From: Opitutales bacterium
GTDB taxonomy: Bacteria; Verrucomicrobiota; Verrucomicrobiia; Opitutales; Coraliomargaritaceae
Assembly (NCBI GenBank): GCA_049598495.1
Contig: JBMYNR010000012.1
Location: 1 to 43,825, forward strand
Length of the DNA: 43,825 nt
Reading direction: 5' to 3'
This document shows positions 30,732-41,399 of the stretch, one piece after another; the stretch's first letter is position 1, and each line of letters starts with the position of its first letter. The position numbers and the translations under genes were made by a program. The notes under the pieces are model-generated. The model made no database searches and was not told where the DNA came from. It worked only from the letters and a program-made list of their open reading frames with translations.

Positions 30732-31034
30732 CTAGGACCGCAAGAGCACCTCGTCCAATTCTTCGCGGACGGCAGCCGCCGCTTCGAGGTCGACCCAGTA
30801 GATCATATCGCGGCACTTTTTCCGGTTCGTGATGATTCCGGCTTGGCGCAGAATTCTGAGATGATGCGAGGTTGCCGGTTGTGAAAGGCCGATCCGCTCG
30901 GCTATTGTGGACACATTGCAGGCATTATGGCAGGTCGGCTCTGCCGGAAGGATGCGCAAAATTTCCAGCCGCACGGGATCACCCAGCGCCCACAGTTGTT
31001 TGGCGAGTGTATCTAGGTCCAAATTAGTTCCCAT
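30732..31034 (-). CDS. ArsR/SmtB family transcriptional regulator
   Basis: [11 protein letters not shown] and [16 protein letters not shown] motifs; Cys pair CHNAC; start 31034, 31043 or 31049. Confidence 0.9.
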   Translation of the reverse strand: MGTNLDLDTLAKQLWALGDPVRLEILRILPAEPTCHNACNVSTIAERIGLSQPATSHHLRILRQAGIITNRKKCRDMIYWVDLEAAAAVREELDEVLLRS

Positions 31035-31046
31035 CGCAGACATTGA

Positions 31047-31068
31047 CATATTTAAGTATATGAATACG
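31047..31068. promoter_or_regulatory. Putative ArsR autoregulatory operator
   Basis: AT-rich imperfect palindrome CATATTTA-AGTATA-TGAATACG in the arsR/kamA divergent region. Confidence 0.4.
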
Positions 31069-31140
31069 ACTAAACGTCAACTTCAGATCGTGGGTCCTTC
31101 CCGCGCCTCGCTACTTCGAACTACCAACTTCTCTTTTTGA

Positions 31141-32331
31141 ATGTATCCGAATGATTCACTCGACAACTGGTCACACGGCCAAGGCCTTTGGGCCGATGTG
31201 CCTAGCGAAGACTGGAATAGCTGGGCGTGGCAGCTGAGAAACCGGATTACGAGTCTCGAGCAGTTGGAGACTTACATGGAACTGACTCCCGATGAACGTG
31301 CGGGCTGTCTCTTTGCCAATAAGAAGCTCGCGCTGGCAATCACTCCTTATTTTTTCAATCTGATCAACCGCGAGGACCCAAACTGCCCAATCCGTCGGCA
31401 GGTAATCCCCAGGAGTGGCGAGATGCACACCGCACCAGAGGAGATGCTGGATCCCGTGGGCGAAGACAATTCCAAGCCGGTCGAAGGCATTGTCCACCGA
31501 TACCCAGACCGTGTCCTTTTCCTTGTCACGGATCGCTGCGCCGCCTACTGCCGCTACTGCACCCGCAGCCGACTCGTCTCCAACGCGCAGGACTACAACT
31601 TTCATCCTGAATTCGAAAGCGGGCTCGAATATATCCGCTCCCATCCGGAAATCCGCGATGTTCTGCTCAGCGGGGGCGACCCGCTACTACTCTCCGACAA
31701 AAAACTGGACTACTTGCTCGGTGAGCTGCGCAAGATTCCACACGTGGAGTTCATCCGCATCGGTTCGCGGATTCCGGTTTTTCTCCCACAGAGAATCACC
31801 TTCGGACTGTGCGGAATTTTCAAGAAACACGGCCCGATCTGGTTGAGCATTCACGTAAACCATCCAAATGAGTGCACCCACACCCTGCGCGATGCGTGTG
31901 AGCGCCTCACCTATGCAGGCGTGCCGATTGGCAACCAATCCGTCCTGCTTAAAGATGTGAACGACCATGCCGATGTCATGAAGTCACTGATCCACCGCTT
32001 GCTCATGATGCGAGTACGCCCCTACTATCTCTATCAGTGTGATTTAATCACAGGGAGCGCCCATCTTCGGGCCGACCCCCGAAAGGGCATCGAGATCATC
32101 CGCAATCTGCGCGGGCACACCAGTGGGTATTCGATTCCACAATTCGTCATCGATGCGCCCGGAGGTGGCGGCAAAATCCCGATCAACCCTGAATATATCA
32201 AGGAAATCACAGAGGAAGCCATCATCATGCAAAATTTCAGTGGCGAGGAATATCGCTACCCTTTGAAGCCCGGAGCTAAGTTCGAGGCGGATCCGAACAC
32301 ACCGCGCTTAGAGCCCCTGCTGGTCGAGTGA
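31141..32331 (+). CDS. KamA-family radical SAM enzyme (lysine 2,3-aminomutase-like)
   Basis: HRYPDRVL, CAAYCRYCTR (CxxxCxxC), LSGGDPL, NQSVLL, YQCDL and IDAPGGGGKIP (PLP Lys) motifs. Confidence 0.92.
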   Translation: MYPNDSLDNWSHGQGLWADVPSEDWNSWAWQLRNRITSLEQLETYMELTPDERAGCLFANKKLALAITPYFFNLINREDPNCPIRRQVIPRSGEMHTAPEEMLDPVGEDNSKPVEGIVHRYPDRVLFLVTDRCAAYCRYCTRSRLVSNAQDYNFHPEFESGLEYIRSHPEIRDVLLSGGDPLLLSDKKLDYLLGELRKIPHVEFIRIGSRIPVFLPQRITFGLCGIFKKHGPIWLSIHVNHPNECTHTLRDACERLTYAGVPIGNQSVLLKDVNDHADVMKSLIHRLLMMRVRPYYLYQCDLITGSAHLRADPRKGIEIIRNLRGHTSGYSIPQFVIDAPGGGGKIPINPEYIKEITEEAIIMQNFSGEEYRYPLKPGAKFEADPNTPRLEPLLVE

Positions 32332-32378
32332 GCGTCAGGAAGTCATACACTTCCTACTTTAATCGTAGAGGTGCCCGA

Positions 32379-33404
32379 TCAAAAATAAACAACCAGTGCG
32401 TTGCGCCACTGGGTGTCGTCCTTCGACCTGCCATTGCCGATATCGTTATCAAAGTTCTTGTTATAGGAGAACTCAAAGCCCAGTAGATCGGTAAAGCGAA
32501 CGCGTATTGCTGTGGTCAATACATAGTTGTATTGATTGGAATCTTCAGCATTCCAATAAAAGTTGAACTTTTGGACAATCGAGGTCCGGCGAAGCGGTCG
32601 CCATGTCGCTTCCTGAAAAATGTTCACAATCGGATTCAACCCTTCTCGGCTATCGTCAAATGCCGCTTCATAGTCCTCGATGCCGCCACCGCCGCCAACC
32701 AGTAATTCAAACTTATCTGAAAGCTTGTAGCGATAACCGAGTCCGATCGTTTCCTGTAGCTCGTGATCGATCCCCTTTACCTGGTCGACACGCCCGCCCA
32801 TGGCATTTTGGAAAAACCAGTCCTTTCTGAATGTCCGCCGATAGATAAATTCGCCGTCATATTTATCGGTCGACTTGAAAGTCGTCCCATTCGACCGCTC
32901 CGTCTCCCTAGTGATATAGGAGCCGGCAAATCGATAAAAATGGGGGCTCTTCTCCGGCTTAACCTCCAATTTCCCCCGCGCGTAGGTCTCGGCCCACTTG
33001 CGATCGCCCCCGCTAAGATTGATCCCGATGCGAAGGTTTCCAGACCAGGAATCCGGCGCTCTAAACTCACGAAGGGCATCCATAATCTCTTTCTCCTCCA
33101 TCGCTTCAGGCACCTCGGATGAAACGGGCGGAGGAATCGCAGCGGCCTCGGATGTCGGCACTGGCGCCGGGGCAAAAGGCCCCGGCGCAGCCTCGGCCTG
33201 CTCCTGGATGGAAATTACCCTAAGCCGAGGCACCTCCAACTGGCCGAGCAGACTTGATTTGACAACAAGTGTTTTTGTATTGGACCGAGGGAGAATCTCC
33301 CCAATCAGCTGCTCCCCGCTATCAAGAGTCACGAGCGAGGGAACCCCGTGCGTCGGACCAAGGGCAAGAACAAGAAAAAGGGCCGCGTAGACGGGGTGCT
33401 TCAT
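32379..33404 (-). CDS. Outer-membrane beta-barrel protein, DUF481/YdiY-like
   Basis: Signal peptide, [12 protein letters not shown]-domain, Pro/Ala linker, amphipathic beta strands, terminal VVYF. Confidence 0.7.
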   Translation of the reverse strand: MKHPVYAALFLVLALGPTHGVPSLVTLDSGEQLIGEILPRSNTKTLVVKSSLLGQLEVPRLRVISIQEQAEAAPGPFAPAPVPTSEAAAIPPPVSSEVPEAMEEKEIMDALREFRAPDSWSGNLRIGINLSGGDRKWAETYARGKLEVKPEKSPHFYRFAGSYITRETERSNGTTFKSTDKYDGEFIYRRTFRKDWFFQNAMGGRVDQVKGIDHELQETIGLGYRYKLSDKFELLVGGGGGIEDYEAAFDDSREGLNPIVNIFQEATWRPLRRTSIVQKFNFYWNAEDSNQYNYVLTTAIRVRFTDLLGFEFSYNKNFDNDIGNGRSKDDTQWRNALVVYF

Positions 33405-34927
33405 ACTGCAGTCTCCGTATAGCGTTGCTCTCGAATCACGGTGATCTCGACCGAACCGGGGTAGTTTAGTTCCTCTTCGATCCGATGTCGAATCCTGCGC
33501 GCCAATTGCCGCGCTTCTTCGTCGCCAATTACTTCGGGCTCAACGATGACCCGCACCTCGCGCCCAGCCTGAACGGCATAGGCCTCACTGACCCCATGCT
33601 CCGCAGCAGCAATTTCCTCAATACTCCGTACCCGCTGAATAAACCCGTCGATCGAGGAAGCGCGGGCTCCAGGGCGCACAGCAGAAAGCGCATCGGCAAC
33701 CATGACCAAGCCCGCGTAGGCACTCTCAGCCGGAACCTCTTGGTGGTGCGCAGCTGCGGCATTCACAACCCGCGGGTCTTCACCATGCTGCTTGATGATA
33801 TCCGCGCCCGCCGCCGCGTGACTGCCATCATAGTCTTCGTCCACCGCCTTGCCAATATCGTGAAAGAGCCCGGCCCGCTTCGCGATGGCCGGATCCAGAC
33901 CCATCTCGGAAGCAATTAAGGCGCATAAATTCGCAACTTCGACAGAATGAGCGAGTGTATTTTGATTATTTGAAAGTCGGTAATGGAGTCTTCCCAGCAA
34001 GGCGACCACTTCAGGGTGCACCTCATGGAGGCGCAGCTTACGGAGCGCGCCCTCCCCCAGCTCGATCACATTGGCGCGCATCTCTTCCTCGGCCTTCACC
34101 ACTTCGTCCTCGATGCTCGACGGATGAATTCGTCCATCGCGCAGGAGCGCTTCAAGTGCGATTCTGGCGATCTCTCGACGGACGGGATCGAAGCAGGAAA
34201 TCAGCACGGAGTCCGGCGTCTCGTCGATCATCAATGTGGTGCCTGTCGCGTGCTCAAAAGTCCGAATATTTCGTCCTTCCCGGCCGATAATCCGCCCCTT
34301 CATCTCTTCGCTGGGTAGATTCACTACGGTCGCCGTCGCGTCATTCATGGGCTGACTGGTAATACGCTGCATCGCGGCTAACAGAATCCGTTTTGCTTCA
34401 TCAGACACTTCCGACTCAGCGCGGCCCAATTTACGGCGACGCAGGTCGCGGATCTCAAGTTCACACTCCTTCTCCGTATTGCGAAGCAAGAGTTGCCGGG
34501 CCTCATCACGCTCCATCTGCGTGATTTGGTGGAGCTTCAAACGATACAACCGCCGAACCTTTTCCGCCTCATGCTCGGCATCCCCCAGTAGTCGCTGCTC
34601 GCGACTCAACTCCTTTTGCTTCGAGTCGATCTCTGCTTGAATCTCTTTCTGGCGTTCGCCCTCGCGTTCAAGCTCACGCGCACGGACCTGAAGTTCGTCC
34701 TCACGAATGGAAACCGAACGATTGAGCTCCAATTCCTTATTTTTGAAGGCCAACTCCATCTCCGCCCGCGACTCTTTGCTCGACAATTGCGCCTCCCTTA
34801 GGGCGACGTCGAGTTGGCTACGGCTCAATTCTTCTACCCGGGAAGCACGTCGTTTCATCCCAAGAAGGATCGCAGTCGCACCGGCAACCGCACCTCCGAA
34901 AACCCCGATAATAAGATCTAGATTCAT
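33401..34927 (-). CDS. rny: Ribonuclease Y
   Basis: N-terminal TM, coiled coil, KH motif [15 protein letters not shown] motif [25 protein letters not shown]. Confidence 0.96.
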   Translation of the reverse strand: MNLDLIIGVFGGAVAGATAILLGMKRRASRVEELSRSQLDVALREAQLSSKESRAEMELAFKNKELELNRSVSIREDELQVRARELEREGERQKEIQAEIDSKQKELSREQRLLGDAEHEAEKVRRLYRLKLHQITQMERDEARQLLLRNTEKECELEIRDLRRRKLGRAESEVSDEAKRILLAAMQRITSQPMNDATATVVNLPSEEMKGRIIGREGRNIRTFEHATGTTLMIDETPDSVLISCFDPVRREIARIALEALLRDGRIHPSSIEDEVVKAEEEMRANVIELGEGALRKLRLHEVHPEVVALLGRLHYRLSNNQNTLAHSVEVANLCALIASEMGLDPAIAKRAGLFHDIGKAVDEDYDGSHAAAGADIIKQHGEDPRVVNAAAAHHQEVPAESAYAGLVMVADALSAVRPGARASSIDGFIQRVRSIEEIAAAEHGVSEAYAVQAGREVRVIVEPEVIGDEEARQLARRIRHRIEEELNYPGSVEITVIREQRYTETAV

Positions 34928-35185
34928 GTCATTCGACTTCCTTGACAGGCCGCCGAGAGGGGGAAATCGGCTATCTGCTTCACTGTGAGCGACCTGCGGG
35001 GCGACAGGTCATACTTTTAGTTTTCGGCGGATTGTGCCGAGCGTAGTTCATAAATCAAGGGAAAGTTACTGGATAGATGCCCGCCTTTTTCTGGAAACAT
35101 AGACCCTCTTTCTCAAAACTGCTAGGTAGAGATGCGCTTTTTCCTTCCCCCGCAGGCATTCTGCATTATCCATTCTCTAATCCAG

Positions 35186-35725
35186 ATGACACTCTACCAA
35201 GCCACTCTTTTCACCGGTCTTTTTCTGATCGCATTCGGTGCCCATTTTCTCGTGCACGGCATACGCACTGCCGAGAGGGTACAAGCGTTCCCGCGTTCGC
35301 TACTGGCGGCTTATGTGCTCATGGGGACCGCCACCGCTTGGTTTCTCTATCATGTCACACAACTCGGACCCGCTGACTTCGGCCAATACAAGCACCTGCT
35401 CTTTGCCCTCTTTCTCACCGTCGCAGTCGGTGCCTTTTTTGTCGTGCCTGACTTTCTCGCCGTGCGTGGCCTCGCGGCCTTGATTCTATTACTGGCCGGC
35501 GTGCTTCTGGATGCGGGCTTTATGCAGGCGCCCAAATCGATCCCGTTAAACATTTTTGTTTATTTCGCGATTGTCATCGCGATCGTCCTTGGCGCGACCC
35601 CCTATAAACTCCGTGATTTCTTTGAGTGGCTCTACCGCAAGGATATACGCCCGCGCGTCTTGGGTGGCGTATTTGCTACCTATGGCGTGCTGCTGCTCGC
35701 CGTTGCGTTTTCTTACAATGGCTAG
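35186..35725 (+). CDS. Hypothetical integral membrane protein
   Basis: About six hydrophobic helices; DFLAVRGLA and PYKLRDF segments; start set at ATG 35186. Confidence 0.75.
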   Translation: MTLYQATLFTGLFLIAFGAHFLVHGIRTAERVQAFPRSLLAAYVLMGTATAWFLYHVTQLGPADFGQYKHLLFALFLTVAVGAFFVVPDFLAVRGLAALILLLAGVLLDAGFMQAPKSIPLNIFVYFAIVIAIVLGATPYKLRDFFEWLYRKDIRPRVLGGVFATYGVLLLAVAFSYNG

Positions 35726-35848
35726 CTTCGCGACGTACCGGCTTCTGCAGACGACAGTTATCCCCAGGGACGAAGCACCAGTCATCTCAATGTCTTTGGG
35801 ATTTAACCGCTTGCCCCTCGACCTTGCCGCCGCAAGCTTCCTGCAGAG

Positions 35849-36448
35849 ATGAAGCATCCGGTTCATAAGACGAGCGGCCACCTCATCATCGTTTCAGGCC
35901 CTGCCGGATCCGGCAAGACCACCGTCTGTGAGCGAATGCTTCAGGAGCTCGATGGCCTAGAACGCGTCGTCACCTCAACGACCCGCCCGCCACGAGGCGC
36001 CGAAATCGACCAGGTGGACTATTACTTTTTCGATCGCAAGACATTCGAGGCAAAGATTGAGGCGGGAGACTTTTATGAATATGCCCATGTCCACGGCCAC
36101 CTCTATGGAACCTTGAAGAGCGAGGTGCAGGAAAAACTGGCTGCCGGCACAGATCTACTTCTGAACATCGATGTGCAGGGGGCCGCGCAGATGCGGGAGA
36201 CCGCGAAATGCGACCCACTCCTTGAGGGGAGAGTCGCTACTGTATTCATCATGCCGGCGACACTGGGCGAACTTGAGGGACGACTCAGAGGGCGGGGCAC
36301 CGACAGCGGCGAGGAAATTGCCCGGCGTATGCAGGTCGCCGTCACAGAGATTGAACAGCAGGTGCACTACGATCACACCATTCTAAGCGGCTCTCGCGAC
36401 GAGGACTACCAAGCACTCCTCGGAATCTATAGAAGTCTAAACGCCTGA
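35849..36448 (+). CDS. gmk: Guanylate kinase
   Basis: [29 protein letters not shown] and RGRGTDS motifs. Confidence 0.96.
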   Translation: MKHPVHKTSGHLIIVSGPAGSGKTTVCERMLQELDGLERVVTSTTRPPRGAEIDQVDYYFFDRKTFEAKIEAGDFYEYAHVHGHLYGTLKSEVQEKLAAGTDLLLNIDVQGAAQMRETAKCDPLLEGRVATVFIMPATLGELEGRLRGRGTDSGEEIARRMQVAVTEIEQQVHYDHTILSGSRDEDYQALLGIYRSLNA

Positions 36449-36481
36449 ACTGGGGCGTGCCTGGGATTCTTAAAGTGGTAT

Positions 36482-37573
36482 TTACTTGTGCAGAGGGGGC
36501 TTCGCCATCTCCAGCGCAAGGAGATGACCGCGCAAATCAACAAAGAGCGCGCCTTCCTTGGCTTCTGTTTTAACGATCGCACTGCCGATCGGGCTGTTTA
36601 AAATCGGGGAAAGTGTGCCGGAGAGAACCTCGCCAACTGTATTTCCGGCTTCATCGACGACAGCTGTTCCCTCCCGGGCGATCCGGCGTCCCTGCAGTTT
36701 GAAATGCAACACCCGGCGAGGGACTCCCTTCTGCTTCTGCTCTGCGAGAGCGTTCATCCCGATAAAGTCCTCTTTATTCAATTTCACCGTCCAATCGAGG
36801 CTCGCTTCGAGCGGCGTGATTCGATCGCTCAATTCGTGCCCATAGAGGGGGAATCCTGCCTCCAGCCGCAAGCTATCCCGCGCCCCAAGCCCGCAAAGCT
36901 TGACCCCAAGCGGCTCTCCCTTGGCCAAAATCTGCTTGGCCAAGGCTGCCGCCGACTCGGGCGTGCAATAGATCTCAAAACCATCCTCACCCGTGTAACC
37001 CGTGCGGCAAACCCGAATTTTTTCGCCGCTAAAGGTGATCTGCTCATGCCAAAATCGCTTGATAGCACAGGCACTGCTCAGGCCAATCTCGGCCAACACG
37101 GATTCCGCCTTCGGCCCCTGGAGGGCGAGCAGAGCATACTCGTCAGAGCGATCCTCGACATCCACCTCGAGACCCCAGCGTTCCGCCTGCTTCAGGAACC
37201 AACCGAAGTCTTTTTCAATGTTGCTCGCATTCACACAGACAAGAAATTCATCCTCCCTTATTCTATAGACAATTAAGTCGTCGACCACCGTTCCGTCACT
37301 CTTGCACATTGGCGAATAGATGGCTTTGCCAATCGGCGCCTCGGCAATCGCATTGACCAGCAGTCGATCTAAAAAAACGGCGGCATCGCTGCCCGAGACA
37401 TAGAATTCCCCCATGTGGCTGACATCGAAAAGACCTGCAGCTTCGCGGACAGCCTTATGTTCCTCAAGAATACTGGTATATTGGACCGGCATGTTCCAGC
37501 CGCCGAATGCGACAAAACGCGCGCCTTGTGCGGCATGAAAATCATGAAGAGGGAGCTGAAGGACGCCTGCCAT
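36482..37573 (-). CDS. gcvT: Glycine cleavage system aminomethyltransferase T
   Basis: FGGWNMPVQY, GLFDVSHMGE, RTGYTGEDGFE and GLGARDSLRLEAG motifs; start set at ATG 37573. Confidence 0.96.
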   Translation of the reverse strand: MAGVLQLPLHDFHAAQGARFVAFGGWNMPVQYTSILEEHKAVREAAGLFDVSHMGEFYVSGSDAAVFLDRLLVNAIAEAPIGKAIYSPMCKSDGTVVDDLIVYRIREDEFLVCVNASNIEKDFGWFLKQAERWGLEVDVEDRSDEYALLALQGPKAESVLAEIGLSSACAIKRFWHEQITFSGEKIRVCRTGYTGEDGFEIYCTPESAAALAKQILAKGEPLGVKLCGLGARDSLRLEAGFPLYGHELSDRITPLEASLDWTVKLNKEDFIGMNALAEQKQKGVPRRVLHFKLQGRRIAREGTAVVDEAGNTVGEVLSGTLSPILNSPIGSAIVKTEAKEGALFVDLRGHLLALEMAKPPLHK

Positions 37574-37720
37574 AGAAGTGACTGAAAACGATGAAGGAAA
37601 GTGCTCTCTTTCTCGCAAAGATACTTGCGAAGGTTCCAGAGAAGATTTCTCTGACTATCACCGTATTTACGGGCGGCACAAGTCCGGATCGTCCGTTTTT
37701 CGAAACCTATCTTCAGCCAT

Positions 37721-40678
37721 ATGCCAAGCTCACCAGCCGACCAGCGCGAAAAAGCCCGCCACTATATTCCAGCAAGCGAACACGACATTCAGGAAATGCT
37801 CGAAACGGTTGGCAAGGAACGCTTCGATGATCTCTTCGACCACATTCAAGCGGACGTGCGCTTTGCCAAAGCGCCGGCACTGCCCGAGGAGCTCGAATAC
37901 GACGCATTGAAGGATCGCCTCAAAGAGATCGCCTCAAAGAACCGAATCGGCCCGAGTTTCCTTGGCGACGGCGTCCCCGATCTCGCGCCATCACCCGTCG
38001 TCGGTCCGATCTGCGATATCCGCAACCTAACCACGGCTTACACTCCCTACCAACCGGAACTCAGCCAGGGAACCCTGCTCGCCCACTGGATCTACCAATG
38101 CTCGATGGCCAAGCTGACTGGCTTCGAAGCCGTCAATGCCTCGCTCTACGACCGCTCGACCGCTATTTACGAAGGCATCTGCGCCGCCATCCGAATGAGC
38201 CGCGGCAAAAGCGCCGCCATCGTGCCGGAGACACTCTATCCAGGTGACCTAGAGGTTCTTGCCACGCTTTCCGAAGGCACGGAGATTGAGATTATAAGGG
38301 TGCCTGCCGATGCTTCGACCGGCCTCATCGACCAGGCGACCCTCGAAAAGACCGTTTCGGAATCCATCGACCGCCTCGCGGCAGTCGTTTTCCCTCAGGT
38401 GAATACCTTCGGGCTGCTCGAAGAGGTCGACCAGCTGACCAGATTTGCCGCCAAGCAGCGATTGAAGTCGATCGCAGTTATCGACCCATTGCTTTTGGCG
38501 CCCGGCGGCCTAAAGGCTCCGGCCGATTTCGGCGAGCAGGGCGTCGATATCATCGTTGGCGAGGCTCACCACATGGCCTTGGCGCCGAACTTCGGCGGGC
38601 CGGGCCTCGGGCTCTTCGGCGTGCGCTTCAGCTCAAAAAATCGAAATGGTGTCCGCGCCGCACCGGGTCGTTTCATCGGCAAGGCACGGGACTGCTCGGG
38701 CCGCGAGTGTCGTGTTGGCGTACTTTCAACCCGCGAGCAACACATCCGCAAGGATAAGGCCACGTCAAACATTTGCTCCAATCAAGCCTTTGTCGCGACA
38801 CTCGTCGGAGCCTCCCTACTTGAACGCGGCGATACGGGCCTGGGCACGATCCTGAGCGAACTCCGCAGCAAACTAAACGCGGCGGCGAAGATGCTTACTC
38901 GTTTCGAAGGTGTGCAAATCGCCTTCCCGCACTCGTCCAGCTACCACGAACTCACTCTCGAGCTGAGCCAGCCGGTTACAGCACTTTTCGATGCCGCGCG
39001 GGATGCGGGCCTTCTCGTGGGGGCCGATGTTTCCACTCGGATTTCCGGAGGGCGCAACCTGCTTAAGGTCTCCTTTTCTAATCGAGAGCAACCGATCGAA
39101 GCGCTCGCGACCGTTTTCGAATCCGTTTTCGGAAGCCCTACAGGCCACTCCCAACCGACGGCAGAGCCGCCAAAATATTTGCTACGCAAAGATAGCCCCG
39201 GGCTACCGAGCTATGAGGCCGATGTTGTCATCGACTATTACAAACAACTCGGCCACCTCAACGTCAGCCCGGATGGCGGTTGCTATCCACTGGGCTCCTG
39301 CACCATGAAATACAACCCCATGGTTAATGACTGGGCGGCATCACTCCCAGGCTTCACGGATCTACACCCACAGGCGCCTGTCGAAGACGCACAAGGATGC
39401 CTGATGGTTCTCCATGAGATACAGGAGTGGTTCAAGGGCATTACGGGCCTGCCCGGCGTGACCACGCAGCCACTCGCAGGTGCTCAAGGTGAGCTCGTAG
39501 GACTGAAGCTCTTTCAAGCCTACCACCGTGCGAAAGGAGAAACACGCGATATCATTTTGATTCCGAGCTCTGCACACGGCACAAATTTCGCCACCGCCAC
39601 GATGGCGGGGTTCGGAGGCAAGCAGGGTAAGATCGTTTATCTCGACGCCGACACCGAGGGCCGTGTGCTCAATGAAGACTTGGACCGCCGGATTGAAGAG
39701 TATGGGGAGCGGATCGCAGGGGTGATGATTACCAACCCGAACACCTCGGGTATTTTTGAAACCTCCTTCAAAGAAATCGCGGAAAAAATCCATGCGCTCG
39801 ATGGCCTGGTCTATATGGACGGAGCCAATATGAACGCGATCGCCGGCTGGATCGATCTCGGCGCACTCGGCGTCGATGCGGTCCACAACAACCTACATAA
39901 GACATGGACCATTCCGCATGGCGGTGGCGGCCCCGGCGATGCCATGGTCGCGGTGAGCGAAAAGCTCATCCCTTACCTCCCCGGCTATCAGATCGAATTT
40001 GATGGCACGACCTACACGCCCGTAAAAGCGGAAAAATCCATTGGCTCCTTTCACCGCCACTGGGGTAACTTCGCCCACAAAGTTCGCTGTTACACTTATC
40101 TACTCCGGCTCGGAAGGGAAGGTGTCCGCCGCATGTCGGCGATGGCAGTACTCAGCGCGCGCTATCTCCACGAGCAATTGCGCGATGACTACGCCACTCT
40201 ACCGGCTGGCTCAGATGCCGAGCCTCGCATGCACGAGTTTATCCTCACACTGAAACAGGAGGACTTCACATCACTGGAAAGCGTTGGTCTCCGCAAGACC
40301 GACGCCGCACCACGTATCGGCAAGCTCTTCCTTGATTTTGGCTTCCACGCCCCCACCGTCGCCTGGCCGGAGCCGCTAGGCCTCATGATCGAGCCCACCG
40401 AGAGCTACACGAAGGCAGAGCTCGACCGCTTCGCCGAAGCCGTCAAAGCCATTCTTCGCCTAATCAAAGAGCACCCGCAAGCGCTCAACTCCGCGCCGCA
40501 CTTCACCCCCATCGACCGCGTCGAAGAAGTCGAAGCCAACCGCGACGTTTGCCTCTCCGAGTCCTTAGAAACACTACCCTCGCTGAATGTGGCACGGATC
40601 CATTCCAGCGAACTCGCCAAAATGCCCGTCGAGGAAATCTATGCCAAAATTGTCGAGGCCATCCAGAGAGCCGCATAA
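37721..40678 (+). CDS. gcvP: Glycine dehydrogenase (decarboxylating) P protein, single chain
   Basis: TAYTPYQPELSQG, REQHIRKDKATSNICSNQ, PLGSCTMKYNP, SAHGTN and NLHKTWTIPHGGGGPG (PLP Lys) motifs. Confidence 0.95.
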   Translation: MPSSPADQREKARHYIPASEHDIQEMLETVGKERFDDLFDHIQADVRFAKAPALPEELEYDALKDRLKEIASKNRIGPSFLGDGVPDLAPSPVVGPICDIRNLTTAYTPYQPELSQGTLLAHWIYQCSMAKLTGFEAVNASLYDRSTAIYEGICAAIRMSRGKSAAIVPETLYPGDLEVLATLSEGTEIEIIRVPADASTGLIDQATLEKTVSESIDRLAAVVFPQVNTFGLLEEVDQLTRFAAKQRLKSIAVIDPLLLAPGGLKAPADFGEQGVDIIVGEAHHMALAPNFGGPGLGLFGVRFSSKNRNGVRAAPGRFIGKARDCSGRECRVGVLSTREQHIRKDKATSNICSNQAFVATLVGASLLERGDTGLGTILSELRSKLNAAAKMLTRFEGVQIAFPHSSSYHELTLELSQPVTALFDAARDAGLLVGADVSTRISGGRNLLKVSFSNREQPIEALATVFESVFGSPTGHSQPTAEPPKYLLRKDSPGLPSYEADVVIDYYKQLGHLNVSPDGGCYPLGSCTMKYNPMVNDWAASLPGFTDLHPQAPVEDAQGCLMVLHEIQEWFKGITGLPGVTTQPLAGAQGELVGLKLFQAYHRAKGETRDIILIPSSAHGTNFATATMAGFGGKQGKIVYLDADTEGRVLNEDLDRRIEEYGERIAGVMITNPNTSGIFETSFKEIAEKIHALDGLVYMDGANMNAIAGWIDLGALGVDAVHNNLHKTWTIPHGGGGPGDAMVAVSEKLIPYLPGYQIEFDGTTYTPVKAEKSIGSFHRHWGNFAHKVRCYTYLLRLGREGVRRMSAMAVLSARYLHEQLRDDYATLPAGSDAEPRMHEFILTLKQEDFTSLESVGLRKTDAAPRIGKLFLDFGFHAPTVAWPEPLGLMIEPTESYTKAELDRFAEAVKAILRLIKEHPQALNSAPHFTPIDRVEEVEANRDVCLSESLETLPSLNVARIHSSELAKMPVEEIYAKIVEAIQRAA

Positions 40679-40717
40679 AGACTCGCACTCCCACGCTCCT
40701 CTGTAATTCTCGGAGGC

Positions 40718-41341
40718 ATGGGAATCGAAGTCTATTTCATCATCGCGCTCACCGCATTGGTCGGTGCCAGCTTCTGGCTGATCCTGAGAAGATCGGCCGA
40801 CAAAATCGCAGCGCAATACGCGCTCCTGGCCGATCGATTCACCCTCCGGATAGAACAGCCCAAGGCACAGATGGCTGGATTCATGCGCCCCGAGCCCTCT
40901 GTTTACGGCAGTTACCGCGGCCGAGAGATGTCCATCTCCGCCCCAGGCAAAGGGCTCCAAAACACCCGACAGGTCGAGACTGTCCTAAAGGTTGAGGTTC
41001 GGAACTACTCACTCAGAGCCCAGCTCACTACGGCTGGCCCGCTCGGTGGCCTTCGCCAGCGCGATAGCGGCGGGCAGAGCAAATGGAAGAGCGGCGATCC
41101 GGGCTTTGATGCCGCCGTTGATATTCGAACCAATCAGGGAGAAGCCTTAACCGCTCTACTCGACGAGCCCTCTAAAGCATGGCTTGCCAGCACCCTCAAA
41201 AAGTCAAAAGCCACCCTCTATATCGGTGGCGGTAATCTAGCTTACGCCAGGCTGGGATTGATCGCAAACGAGGCCATTCGAGAGGACTTTGAGGCCGCCA
41301 CCGAATTTCTATGCGATTTGGCCGAAACACTTGAGGCATGA
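40718..41341 (+). CDS. Hypothetical protein with an N-terminal membrane anchor
   Basis: 207-aa ORF with GGAGG before the ATG and a single N-terminal TM helix; fills the gap after gcvP. Confidence 0.75.
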   Translation: MGIEVYFIIALTALVGASFWLILRRSADKIAAQYALLADRFTLRIEQPKAQMAGFMRPEPSVYGSYRGREMSISAPGKGLQNTRQVETVLKVEVRNYSLRAQLTTAGPLGGLRQRDSGGQSKWKSGDPGFDAAVDIRTNQGEALTALLDEPSKAWLASTLKKSKATLYIGGGNLAYARLGLIANEAIREDFEAATEFLCDLAETLEA

Positions 41342-41399
41342 GGCGCTGACACGACGAAGTCGTTTTCCCGCACCGGGGAACATCCCTGGTAGCAAAACG

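Noticed and set aside
34928..35130. 6S RNA or another ncRNA upstream of rny
   Set aside because: Only short local hairpins are visible and no long rod with a central bubble can be supported by eye; an Rfam scan would decide.
37574..37720. Glycine riboswitch
   Set aside because: The conserved GGAGA...CCGAAG...CTCTCAGG elements were not found on either strand.
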